51,019 nt of DNA from the NCBI GenBank assembly GCA_032718475.1, contig JAUCBJ010002132.1:1-51019 (forward strand), given 5' to 3'. Each line of letters starts with the position of its first letter. The first letter of the stretch is position 1. Below are positions 40,592 through 51,019 of the stretch, in pieces. Under the pieces are notes generated by a model. The model had not been told where the DNA came from and ran no database searches. It worked only from the letters and a program-made list of their open reading frames with translations. Source of the DNA: Nemertoderma westbladi (lineage: Eukaryota > Animalia > Xenacoelomorpha). Made by a program: the position numbers and the translations under genes.

Positions 40592-40673
40592 AGTCGTCAC
40601 CTAGCCTCCAGCAACAACAACTGTAGTTGTTGGTGCATTTTGATGCATACACGGTGCGGTGGTGAGGTGACAT
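40592..40673 (-). CDS. Putative upstream first exon of the FBXL gene
   Basis: ATG at 40673 gives MSPHHRTVYASKCTNNYSCCCWRLGDD plus 1 nt, then a consensus GTAAGT donor at 40591-40586. It joins in frame (phase 1) to the AAG acceptor at 38795. The polypyrimidine tract is weak, and the exon could be only 5'UTR. Confidence 0.4.
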
Positions 40674-41039
40674 GCGTTCGAGATAAGCTGTGCTTCAGAG
40701 AGGCGGCGTAAATCAGTTAATTTCGTTATGTTGATGTCAGATGTATCTGGGTTATCAATAATCAATAGCATGGAGAATTGCAGTAGATGCCATAAACTTG
40801 CTAATTCCGCACTATTGTTTCTAATAAAAGGCTCGTACACGTGTGAGATCATTGAATGATTGAGTTGAACAAATATATTTTCCGATTTGGGAAATTAAAA
40901 AATGAAATTCAAGTGATTGGGTTTGGACGTGGGATTAGGAAGGTTTTGGGCTCGTAAAATAAGGCTTATAAGGTTGAAATTCACGACATTCCATTATCGG
41001 CTATTCACCATTATTACCGAAATAGGAAAAAGGCCCCCA

Positions 41040-41480
41040 AGACTGACCACAAAATTCGGAAGTGCCAAAATATCCTCTATAAGGCGCAGAAAGAATCCCG
41101 ACTCAAACTGACTACAGCGGTCAAAAATGCAGTTAAGGCTGCATCTAGGTACCTGAACAGGCAGTACTCTTTTAATCTACAGAAGCTAATAAACCAACAG
41201 GTTGATGCCATCAATGATGCTGTCGACAGCAGGCAATCATCCCAGGCATGGAAATCGATCAACTTGCTTACTGGGCGGAAAAGCCAACCAACCACCAAGG
41301 TTAAGGCTGAATCACCAGCCGATCGCCTCATGGAAGGCCCACTTTGAAAAGCTCATCAATAATGACAGGTTATTGCCCGATAACTTTATAGAAGTAAAAA
41401 TGTCGGAGTCTGTACTCCAAGAGTAGTCTGTACTCCCGGTGGAGTAGATGGTGTTACACCTGAGGTCTTTAAAATACATA
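41040..41480 (+). mobile_element. RTE LINE family A, degenerate fragment (duplication copy 1; continues at 45834-45943)
   Basis: Encodes QAWKSINLLTGRK...WKAHFEKLIN...GVDGVTPEVFK. Paralogous to 48479-48918. The left boundary is approximate. Confidence 0.8.
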
Positions 41481-44400
41481 CTACTACTAGGTCGAGCGAA
41501 CTCGGACAGTGGAAATGAGATCCTTCCAGGCTTCCCGATTCTCCATAGTTGTCGCAATTTCGTTTCTCCCAAGTTCAGTATCCCTTTCAAGTTGATCTAT
41601 ATATGTTATGGCAGGTCGTCCACGACTACGCTTTCCATGAGTTGGTTGCCAGAGAAGTAGATCTGGTATGACCTCGTCTTTACTTCGCCAGCAGTGCCCA
41701 CTGAATCGTAATCTGCGTTCACGGAGGGTGGTTGATACAGGTGGTATTGTACCATAAAGCTCGGCGTATGTCATGTGTTGTCTCCAGCTGATGTTTAGGG
41801 CTGCCCTTAGTAGTCTTGTGTAGCAACCATCAATTCGTTGTTCAAATGATTTAGTCAGTGTCCAGGTCTCACCCCCGTATAAAAATACACTTTCCACTGT
41901 GGCTCGAAAGAACTTGGTCTTCAGGTGCCTGGAGAGATCTGATTTCCAGATGGTATCCATTTTTGATAGAGCTACCCAAGCCTATGCTTTCCTAACTTCT
42001 ATGTCCTTTTTGCTACTCTCTATCCATGATCCAAGGTACTGGAAGTCATCGACCTGCCTTAGTTGATTATTATAAATGGTTGTCAAGTTTCCATCAACAT
42101 TAAAGGTCATGAATTCGGTCTTGGTAGCATTTATATGCAATCCAACCTCCTTAGCAGCCCTCTCCACTTTATTTAGTAGATGCTGTAGATGCTGTGCATC
42201 TGCTAGCGTATTAGAGAGCAGGGCGATGTCATCCGCAAAGTCGGTGTCTGTGACTGTAGTTGCCGGATATCTACTACTTCTGCGTTCTTGAAGTGTGAAT
42301 CCCAGATCTTCACCCTTTGTGGCCGTCCTCATTGCGTAATTGCGTGGCCGCTCCTCAGCTCATTAGAACATGCTGCTTCTAGTGTTGGTCTTTTTATTAA
42401 CTCCAGAAAGACCAAAATTCTGACAGTTAACTTTGAAAGTCCTCAGCAAGTCTCTGATCGGATGAGCATAAGCTCAAAGGATGGTATGCTTGAGCATGTG
42501 GACGACTTCTGTTACCTGGGATCATGGATCCGGAAGTCAGGTGAGGACCTTCGAATACGTAAGGGAAAGGCATGGGCAGCCTTGAATAGGCTTTCCAGGA
42601 TTTGGAAGTCACCTAGAATTAATCGGAAACTTAAGGTCCGATTATTTAGAGCAGCAGTAGTTCCAGTACTCCTCTACGGGAGTCCATGCTGGGCTCTAAC
42701 TGCTGAGGACACCAAATCTCTGGATGGCACATTCACAAGAATGCTACGCCGGGTACATTGTGTCAAGTACAATGCACACATCTCCAACCAGACACTATAT
42801 AACATTGGAGGTGTCTCATTGGTTCCCCCAAGCTTGACACTAGAACAAAATCGCCTCCGCTTTGCAGGACATTGCTTTCGCCGTGAGGACCAGCCAGTGC
42901 ATAATCTTGTACTTTGGCAGCCTCATGGAGTAAATAAGCATGGTGGACAGCCCATGACTTTCTTGAGACGCATCTTAAAGGACACTGGCCTTAAAGATGC
43001 GGATGATCTAGCAAATGTCATGGGTGATAGGGAGTTGTGGCGGTGCAATTTTGTTGACAAGCCGGCACAGCATTCTTAAAAATGCAGCTGCAATGCAGCA
43101 TGCCGATCCTAGTAGTCATTGCGTAATCCAGCACAATTACAAATAGTAATGGTGCTAATGTGTCACCTTGCAGTACGCCAGCCAGGATTGAGAAAAACTC
43201 AGTTTCACCATCTGGTGAGAGTACCTGCGCTTCTGTGTCACAATATAGCAATCCAATGCCAGCAACAATTACTTCTGGTATTCCATAAGCTCTTAGGATT
43301 TCAAGCATTTTACCTCTATGGATGGAGTCGAGTGCCTTCTTGAAGTCCACAAAAGTCATGACTGCGGGGAGATTCTTTGACTTAATTCCTTCAATCAGTC
43401 TCCGTAGTGCAAGTATCTGAGCTATTGTTGATCTACTTGGTCGAAATCCGTTTTGGCTCTTACGCAGTAGTTCCTCTATGTGAGGCCTAATCCTATATAG
43501 AATCATTTTATTGTATATTTTGGCAGCTACCACAAGCAGACAGATCCCACGATAGTTTGTTGGTATGCCGAGGTCTCCTTTCTTGGGGAGAGGCTTTAGT
43601 TGACCTTTAGTCCAAATTGGTGGTGGCTTTTCCCCTTTTAACATCCGGTTGCAAACATTCAATAATGGTCTATTTAGCACTCCGGTTTTCCATACCTCCG
43701 CTGGGATTTCATCTAATCCACTCGCTTAATTATTGGACATGCTTTTAATGCTTCTTTGGAGTTCGGCAGGTGTGAAGTCCCCTGTTTCTATAGGTAGTGT
43801 CTTGTCATATATTTTCCTTGTAGGGCTGACCTCGATGTTTGGTGGCTGCCCAAGCAAGTTGCTGAAGTGATTTTTCCACTTCCCAACACGTTCTTCAGGA
43901 CTATCGGCTTTGAGGCGCCCCTTTGCACAACTTTTCCGACCAGATACCTCATTTACAGTTTGCCAGGTAAGTCTTGATTGTTGCTGTATGTGAGCAGTTG
44001 TAATTGCTTCAGTTTTATCCTGTATGTACTTTTCCTGGCTGATGTTGTAGGCCAATTTAAGATCGTCCTTAGCTTTCTCAACCTTGTTAATGTTTTCGGT
44101 TGTTGGTTGTTCGGTTTTAACTTTGTAGGCTATCTTAAGATCTTCTCTCTTACAAGTAACCTCAGAGTTTTGCCATGGCACATACTGTTTTCGTTTAGGT
44201 TTCTGGGGGATATGCCTCTTAGCTGATTCCTTGTGGGCTGTTATTATATTCTGGTATATTGAATCGGTGGATTGGTCTTCATCCATTGACTGAAGTGCTT
44301 CAAAGCGGTTTTGAACTTCTACTGTATAAGCATCCTTTACTGCATTTTCAGTTCTGAGTTTCTCCCAGTCATAGTTGATTTGCTTGCTTGTCCTGGGTTT

Positions 44401-45822
44401 GCTGGCTCTCAAACTGAGTCTGATCTCTGCAGTCACAATTCTGTGGTCCGAACCAATTAGGTTGAACGAGCTGTATGCCTCGCAGTTGATCATGCTATTT
44501 CTCCACTTTTTGTTTATAAGGATGTAATCCAGTTGTGCTTTGGTTCCATTAGGGTATTGAAAGGTCCATAGCTTCCCCTTACTCTTTTCGAATGTGTTGT
44601 TTGTTGGTATCAATTCACATTCTTCCAATAGGTCTAAAAGTAACTACCCATTTCTGTTAGAACTGGTGTTATAGGTGTAACCCTTGATGTCTTCTGGGCC
44701 AATTTGCGCATTCAGGTCGCCAGCAATGACTTTAACATTGTGTTTTGGGATGTCCTTAATAAGTCCAGTCAGTTCTTCATAAAACTTGACTGCTTGTTCT
44801 GGTTCTGATGCATTGGTTGGACTGTAGCAACATATAACTGTTGTCTTGGGATTCCCATCAAATGTTGCGATCATAACCCTGGAATTTATAGATTCGACGT
44901 TGTTTAGGGTCTTAAGTGCAAATGGGCTTAGCAGAATTCCTACTCCACCAATTGATGCATTGGCCGAGTTTCTTACTGCTGAGCTTGTTACTAACGTCCA
45001 TCCATTTCCAATGTCATTGTACTTCATGGCAATGGCAGTGTCTTCATGACAAATCCGATGTTCTTGGATGCAGATGATGTCGATGTTATATTCCATTGCC
45101 AGAGCGACCATGTCACCCTGTTTGCTCTGTGCTTTCAGCGTGCGTGCGTTCATTGTAGCAATCTCTAGTGTCTTTTTACATTTCAACAGGTTGGTTCTTC
45201 TTTCTTCTCTGTCTTCTGTTCCAGTAGCCAATTTATCGACCCCAGCCTAGTGTACCACTGAGGGACGCGGTCCTTGTTGACCCGGGCGACGACCGAGCCG
45301 GTATTTCTCCTGGAGGGTTCTCATACTCATATCTTTCAGTTGCGGGGGTAAACCGCTTGTGGTCGCAACTCCTACAAGCGTCTTCGCAGTAGGTCGCCGT
45401 TGGTTGATTACCTTCCGCCGACCTTGTCAGCATGTCTAGCCGTTGGTTGATTACCTTCCGCCTATCCATGGCCTACAGCCCTGCTGCCGACTGTAGGGGT
45501 CCTTTTGTTACACCCTGAACCAAGTGTGCCTCCTGGGTTAGGTTACCTAACACTGGTAGAGGAGCATCCAGTATAGACAGGGCGGGGCTTGTATCATCTC
45601 TAATGCAGATGCGTATCAAGCCTTTGCCTTCAATGGTGCCCTAGGCGCTATAGCCCTCAGTGACTTATTTAGTTGACGGGGCTGAACCAACCCACTCTTG
45701 ATCAACTAAATAATGAATAGGCTATGCTTATCGGGCCTGCCCTACTGGACTGACAGCTACAGGTAGTACCACATTACTGCCATAGTGGTAGCAGGATCTG
45801 GGGACCTGACCTGACCGCCCAA
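41481..45822 (-). mobile_element. Apparently full-length RTE-clade LINE family B (APE endonuclease plus RT), inactivated
   Basis: 11-bp TSD TAAAATACATA at 41470-41480 and 45823-45833; (TAG)n tail. APE motifs TMNARTL, CIQEHR, YSPT, GDLNA, LDYIL, SDHR. RT motifs NYRGICL, QNGFR, FVDFKKALDS, GVLQGDTLAP, DFADDIAL, YLGS. In-frame stops at 44644, 43726 and 41982. Confidence 0.95.
42341..43115 (+). mobile_element. 5'-truncated RTE family A copy inserted in the RT of family B
   Basis: 12-bp TSD TCATTGCGTAAT at 42329-42340 and 43116-43127; ends in ...cctagtag. The stop-free ORF carries GLFINSRKTKIL, FCYLGSWI and RLRFAGHCFR. An about 52-nt stretch near 42545 is almost identical to one near 49525. Confidence 0.93.
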
Positions 45823-45943
45823 TAAAATACATAATAAGTGTTAATAAATAATAAGTTTTTGATCTCGATTGCTGCAAAGCATGCAATAGAATTCTATTAA
45901 ACCGCATCAGGGATCCCATTGAGAGACTGCTCCGTGGAAATCA

Positions 45944-45989
45944 AAGATGAAGTGATGAAAGTGATGAAGTGATGAAATCAAATGATGAA
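45944..45989. other. Duplication breakpoint with filler DNA
   Basis: aagatgaagtgatgaaagtgatgaagtgatgaaatcaaatgatgaa lies between the two copies and is made of reiterated pieces resembling the flanks. Confidence 0.85.
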
Positions 45990-47447
45990 ATACAAAGATG
46001 GTTTGTTAGCAGTTTCAGACTCTTCTGTGGACTCATTATATATGGAAGAATCCTCAACATTATCTTTAGTTTCCAAGGGACTTCGTACAACTGTAGCATC
46101 CCTTGCAACGTTCACAAATGTTAAGGTGTCCACATGACGACAAGTTCGCAACGATAAGTGACGAAGGTGTGACAAACGGGTAATGAGCGGGCTGATTCCC
46201 GCCCCCGTGAGCTGCACACATCCAGATAAATCTAGATGGCAAAGATTCCGGCAAAGATCGGGCAGGATCGCAATAGATCGGTCGGAAAGTTGGGTGCAGA
46301 CGTCGAGAAGGAGGGTTTCCAGTCGGGGACATCCTTTTGCAAGGGTTGTCACTCCCAAGTCGGTTATATTGCTGGATGCGACAGCGTTGAGGTGCCGGAG
46401 GCGAGGGCAGCCCCGAGATAACGCCGCTAAACCCACGTCAGTGATGGATCCGCCTCCGACTCCAGGAGTTGAGATCATACACTGTATGTGCTCGGATCCC
46501 CGGACATTGAGGTGCTCCAAAAAGGGACATTGATCTTCGAGCACCTCCAGTGTCAAGTCAGAAACGTTGGGGCACAGTGCTAACACGAGGTGCGTGAGGT
46601 TTGGCATGCAGGATAACATCCAGCGAATTCCATCACGACTGATATCACTCTCGCTCATGTCCAAATGAGTAATTCCAAAGGTTAAAGATGTACCAATTGT
46701 TTCAGCTTTCATGCGTGCGACCAATTCTTCAACTAACTCGTCATCCGGGGATGTTATTTTCGGGTAGTTGAATGGTTTGTGTGTTACCTTAAGAACTTTC
46801 AACTTTTTGCAAGAAGTTAACACCAATAACAACGATTTCGCATCTATATTTTGGCAAGATTCAATCTTAAGTTCCTCTAACTCGGTTAAATAAGAAATTG
46901 TCGATGACATTATACCAAACAAGGCACCATCAATGTTCACAACTTTCAAATTTTTTTTTAGCAAATACCATTGTGATTTGAATTTGGAAACGTTTTCAAA
47001 AGTTGCAAGGCCATTTAATATTTCATTACAATGGTATAAATCTAATGATGTCATGAGATTGCTGGAGCTCAACAAGGAGCAAACGCCATCCAACGTGAAT
47101 AAAGTGTTTCTTATAGACAAATCTTTTAAATCCCGACAGATTTCTGAAACTCTAAAAAGTGATTCGTCGGTAAGATTAAAGCAACCGCTCAGATTTAGTT
47201 TCTGAATTTTTGGATGGTTATTTAAAATATCAACAAACGTACAATCAGTTATCGTAGAACACGGCGTCAGATCCAAGTTGGTCCATAAGTATTGATCATA
47301 ACTCAGATCGAACCACTTTTTACAGACTAATCGGATGCCGATGCAGGTGTCAATGAGACTCAAATGATTAAATATTTCCAATAATAAACTGTCCGCTAAT
47401 AACGAAATATAACAGACATGATTTGTATCCTCTTCAATTTCATCCAT
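45978..47447 (-). pseudogene. 3'-truncated duplicate of the FBXL gene (489 aa from the shared ATG)
   Basis: About 99% identical to copy 1. It ends NKPSLY|FII* in the junction filler and lacks about 195 C-terminal aa. The frame is otherwise open, so pseudogene status is inferred. Confidence 0.8.
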
Positions 47448-48478
47448 TATTGAATAGTGACCTCGCCCTTGCGTGGCATTAGTTAAAATTGTTAAATAAT
47501 ATAACTTTAACAAACTATATACACATTACATTTGAAAATATGTGAATTATCATGTTAATAAGAAAACAATAAAACTAAGAAAGTTATAAAGAAAGGCAAA
47601 GCTTTGCACTGATCTGTTTTTACATAATTAAAGTAATATTACACATTATGTGTATATAATGTAGGTACAGAAATGTAGAAACGTTTTGAAATGTTTTGGC
47701 GATTTGCCCTTGCTTAAGGTATCTTAATCTACCTAGCCATTATCCACATAATTAATATATATCTCGATGGTAGCATATTTATACAGACAGCCAACCAAGG
47801 TAGATAGATCATTTAGTGCTTTAGTTGAACAAATAGATTTTACGATTTGGGAAATTAATATTTATATAATAAATTATTATCCGTACATATGAAGTAACTG
47901 AAAATCCGATTTAAAATAAATAAATATTAATAGATTAAAATGATAAATACTGGAGCTAAAAGAAAAGTTAAGTAAAGTTAAGTAAAATCAATTCAATGTT
48001 ACGTGTCTCTAGTTGGGGACATTCCAAATAGTGGTGTTTGGACGTTGTTTGGCAACCACATCCAACACCTCCTGGCCTCCAGCAACAACTGTAGTTGTTG
48101 GTGCATTTTGATGCAAATACGGTGCGGTGGTGAGGTGACATGCGTTCGAGATAAGCTGTGCTTCAGAGAGGCGGCGTAAATCAGTTAATTTCGTTATGTT
48201 GATGTCAGATGTATCTGGGTTATCAATAATCAATAGCATGGAGAATTGCAGTAGATGCCATAAACTTGCTAATTCCGCACTATTGTTTCTAATAAAAGGC
48301 TCTTGAACAAATATATTTTCCGATTTGGGAAATTAAAAAATGAAATTCAAGTGATTGGGTTTGGACGTGGGATTAGGAAGGTTTTGGGCTCGTAAAATAA
48401 GGCTTATAAGGTTGAAATTCACGACATTCCATGATCGGCTATTCACCATTATTACCGAAATAGGAAAAAGGCCCCCAA

Positions 48479-49580
48479 GACTGACCACAAAATTCGAAAG
48501 TGCCCAAATAACCTCTATAAGGCGCAGAAAGAATCCCGACTCAAACTGACTACAGCGGCCAAAAATGCAGTTAAGGCTGCATCTAGGTACCTGAACAGGC
48601 AGTACTCTGTTAATCTACAGGAGCTAATAAACCAATAGGTTGATGCCATCAATGGTGCTGACGACAGCAGGCAATCATCCCAGGCATGGAAATCGATCAA
48701 CTTGCTTGCTGGTCGAAAAAGCCAACCAACCACCAAGGTTAAGGCAGAATCACCAGCCGATCACCTCATGGAAGGCCCACTTTGAAAAGCTCATCAATAA
48801 TGACAGGTTATTGCCCGATAACTTTATAGAAGTAAAAATGTCGGAGTCTGTACTCCAAGAGTAGTCTGTACTCCCGGTGGAGTAGATGGTGTTACCCCTG
48901 AGGTCTTTAAAATACATAATAAGTGTTAATAAATAATAAGTTTTTGATCTCGATTGCTGCAAAGCTATACAATAGAATTATATTAAATCGCATCAGGGAT
49001 CCCATTGAGAGACTGCTCCGTGGAAATCAGAATGGGTTCCGTAAAGGTTGTGGGACCATGGAGCCCATTATGGCACTTAGAAGGATAATTGAAGAGTTAT
49101 CAAAAAAGAAAGACAGGCATCTGGCTGTTATCTTTGTTGACTTATTCAAGGCATTTGATTCAGTCTCTCGCTCACGTATGTTCAGCATACTCGCATTATA
49201 TGGGATTCAGGATGAAATTATTGCAGCAATCAGATCAGTAGACGATGGTTCGACAACATTTGTGTCTACTGTTGACGGTGACACAGTACCATTTGAAGTG
49301 TTATGTGGAGTCCTCCAGGGAGACACACTTGCACCATTCTTGTTCATAATTGTAGTTGACTATGTTCTACGCATGTCCTTAGATCATCATAATGATGATG
49401 GGGTGATGGTAACTCCACCTACTGGCTCCAGAAGTAGAGGAAATCCTGCAAAGTACCTAACTGATCTAGACTTTGCTGATGACTTAGGAGTACTCTCAGA
49501 ATCACTAGAGGGAGGGTGCCCAACGGACCTTCGAATACGTAAGGGAAAGGCATGGGCAGCCTTGAATAGACTTTCCAAAT
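48479..49580 (+). mobile_element. RTE LINE family A, internally deleted RT fragment
   Basis: SIAAKLYNRIILNRI, NQNGFR, FVDLFKAFDS, GVLQGDTLAPFLF and LDFADDL, then a deletion jumping to DLRIRKGKAWAALNRL. Holds the empty site for family B at about 48908-48918. Confidence 0.9.
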
Positions 49581-49633
49581 GACTAACATGTCGTTTAGTT
49601 CTAGTATACTTTCTATTCCAACTGCAAACTCAC

Positions 49634-49777
49634 CTGGAATATCGATGTTAACCGCATTGCTTGCCTGTCCTGATCGATTCATTGCTTTACAAACATATTC
49701 CCCAGAATCCTCAGACTTGGCGTCGAGAATATCCAGAACACAAAACCCGAATTCGTAGATCGTCTTAATACGAGAAC
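49634..49777 (-). CDS. TTN: Titin/kettin-family exon A (second half of an Ig domain)
   Basis: Acceptor ttttacatttag| (phase 1). Translation (G)SRIKTIYEFGFCVLDILDAKSEDSGEYVCKAMNRSGQASNAVNIDIP; donor G|gtgagt (phase 1), which joins exon B in frame. Shows the kettin-type EFG..LDI...DSGxYxCxAxN signature. Confidence 0.92.
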
Positions 49778-50195
49778 CTAAATGTAAAATAAACATCATT
49801 ATTATTATCATTGGAAAATAGAAAATAAAAGTAAAAGTAAAAAAGGCAAAATTTACGAAAAATCTCACACAAATTGGGGCTATAATCGTGTGATTTAATA
49901 AGTTTTTAATTATAATTTTTTAATATTATATACGCCCCCAGTCGGGGCAAATGGTCACACAAATTATGTTAACATATTATTAAAATTATTAAAATTTGAG
50001 TTTTTCCTCATGAATGAATATGTTAAACTATGTTCATTATGGGTTAATTTAACGACTTACTGTACCTTATGGAAAGGTTAAGCAATGACCTGTACATTTA
50101 GTACATTGTGTATAAATGAGAGACTGTGCAAAATTTGGCGTTATTGCTACCGCTATGCAATTTTTGAATGTTAATGAATGCAATAATTGTTAATG

Positions 50196-51019
50196 CGGAT
50201 CCTTCCGGGGTCGGAAACCCCCGCCCGGTTTCTTCCAGGGTTGGAAACACCCATCCGGTTCCTTCCGGGGACGGAATCACCCTTCCGGTTCCTGCTGGGG
50301 TCGGAATCTCCCATCCGGTTCCTGCCAGGGTCGGAAACCCCCATCCGGTTCCTTCCGGGGTCGGAAACCCCCGTCCAGATCCCTCCGTGGTCGGAAATCC
50401 GCGTGCGGTTCCTTCCGGGGTCGGAAACTCCCATCCGGTTCCTTCCAGGGTCAGAACCACCCGTCCAGATCCCTCCGGGGTCGTAAATCCGCGTGCGGTT
50501 CCTTCTAGGGTCGGAAACACCTGTTCGGTTCCTCCAGGGGTCAGAAACCCCCGTCCAGATTCCTCCAGGATCGATAATATGCATGCTGTTCCTTCCGGGG
50601 TCGGAGACCCCCATCCGGATCCTTCCGGGGTTGGAAACCCCCGTCCAGATCCCTCCGGGGTCAGAAACCCCTGCCCAGATCCTTCCAGGGTTGGAAACCT
50701 CCATCCGGTTCCATCCGGGGTTGGAAACCCCCGTCCAGATCCCTCCGGGGTTGGAAATCCGCATGTGGTTCCTTCTGGGGTCGGAAAACCCCATCCGGAT
50801 CCTTCTGGAGATGGAAACCCCCATCCGGTTCCTTCCGGGGTTGGAAACCCCCGTCCAGATCCCTCCGGGGTCAGAAACCCCTGCCCAGATCCTTCCAGGG
50901 TTGGAAACCTCCATCCGGTTCCATCCGGGGTTGGAAACCCCCGTCCAGATCCCTCCGGGGTTGGAAATCCGCATGTGGTTCCTTCTGGGGTCGGAAAACC
51001 CCATCCGGATCCTTCTGGA
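50196..51019. repeat. 30-bp GC-rich minisatellite running off the right edge
   Basis: Consensus CCATCCGGTTCCTTCCGGGGTCGGAAACCC, about 27 diverged copies, with a 210-bp (7-mer) duplication at 50631 and 50841. Confidence 0.97.

Larger units (their letters stand above)
37317..49029. repeat. Tandem segmental duplication of an about 3.0-kb unit (copy 1 at 37317-45943 including later insertions; copy 2 at 45990-49029)
   Basis: Both copies start at atacaaagatgg and end at ctccgtggaaatca. They are collinear once the insertions at 38833-40016 and 41481-45822 are removed. Confidence 0.95.

Noticed and set aside
47448-47513. 22-aa N-terminal extension of FBXL copy 2
   Set aside because: It starts at TTG, is AT-rich and intron-like, and is interrupted by the transposon in the intact copy.
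37317-49029. Duplication as a haplotype mis-assembly
   Set aside because: The unique filler junction, copy-specific insertions with TSDs and complementary truncations favour a real duplication; read confirmation is still advisable.
50098-51004. 10-aa repeat ORFs as a PEVK-like titin exon
   Set aside because: They lie in an intron that splits an Ig domain, contain a 29-bp frameshifting unit near 50530, and several frames are equally open.

Overview
Animal (invertebrate bilaterian-type) genomic DNA, not prokaryotic. The window lies inside a minus-strand titin/kettin-family gene. Three short Ig-domain exons (49634-49777, 29472-29725, 27495-27678) join in frame through canonical splice sites and resemble vertebrate titin Z8-Z9. 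The introns are greatly expanded. They hold a 23-kb 40-bp satellite, a 6-kb 28-bp satellite and a 30-bp minisatellite, all with hairpin-forming monomers. They also hold a degenerate CR1 LINE, several MITE-like elements and a Penelope-type GIY-YIG endonuclease ORF at the left edge. A same-strand nested F-box/LRR gene sits in the 19.9-kb intron and was partly duplicated in tandem. After the duplication, a MULE-like element and a full-length RTE LINE inserted into one copy; that LINE sits inside an older RTE and is itself interrupted by a third RTE. TSDs and empty sites let this history be ordered. The long ORFs across the satellites are artefacts. All family assignments come from motif recognition by eye, not database searches.
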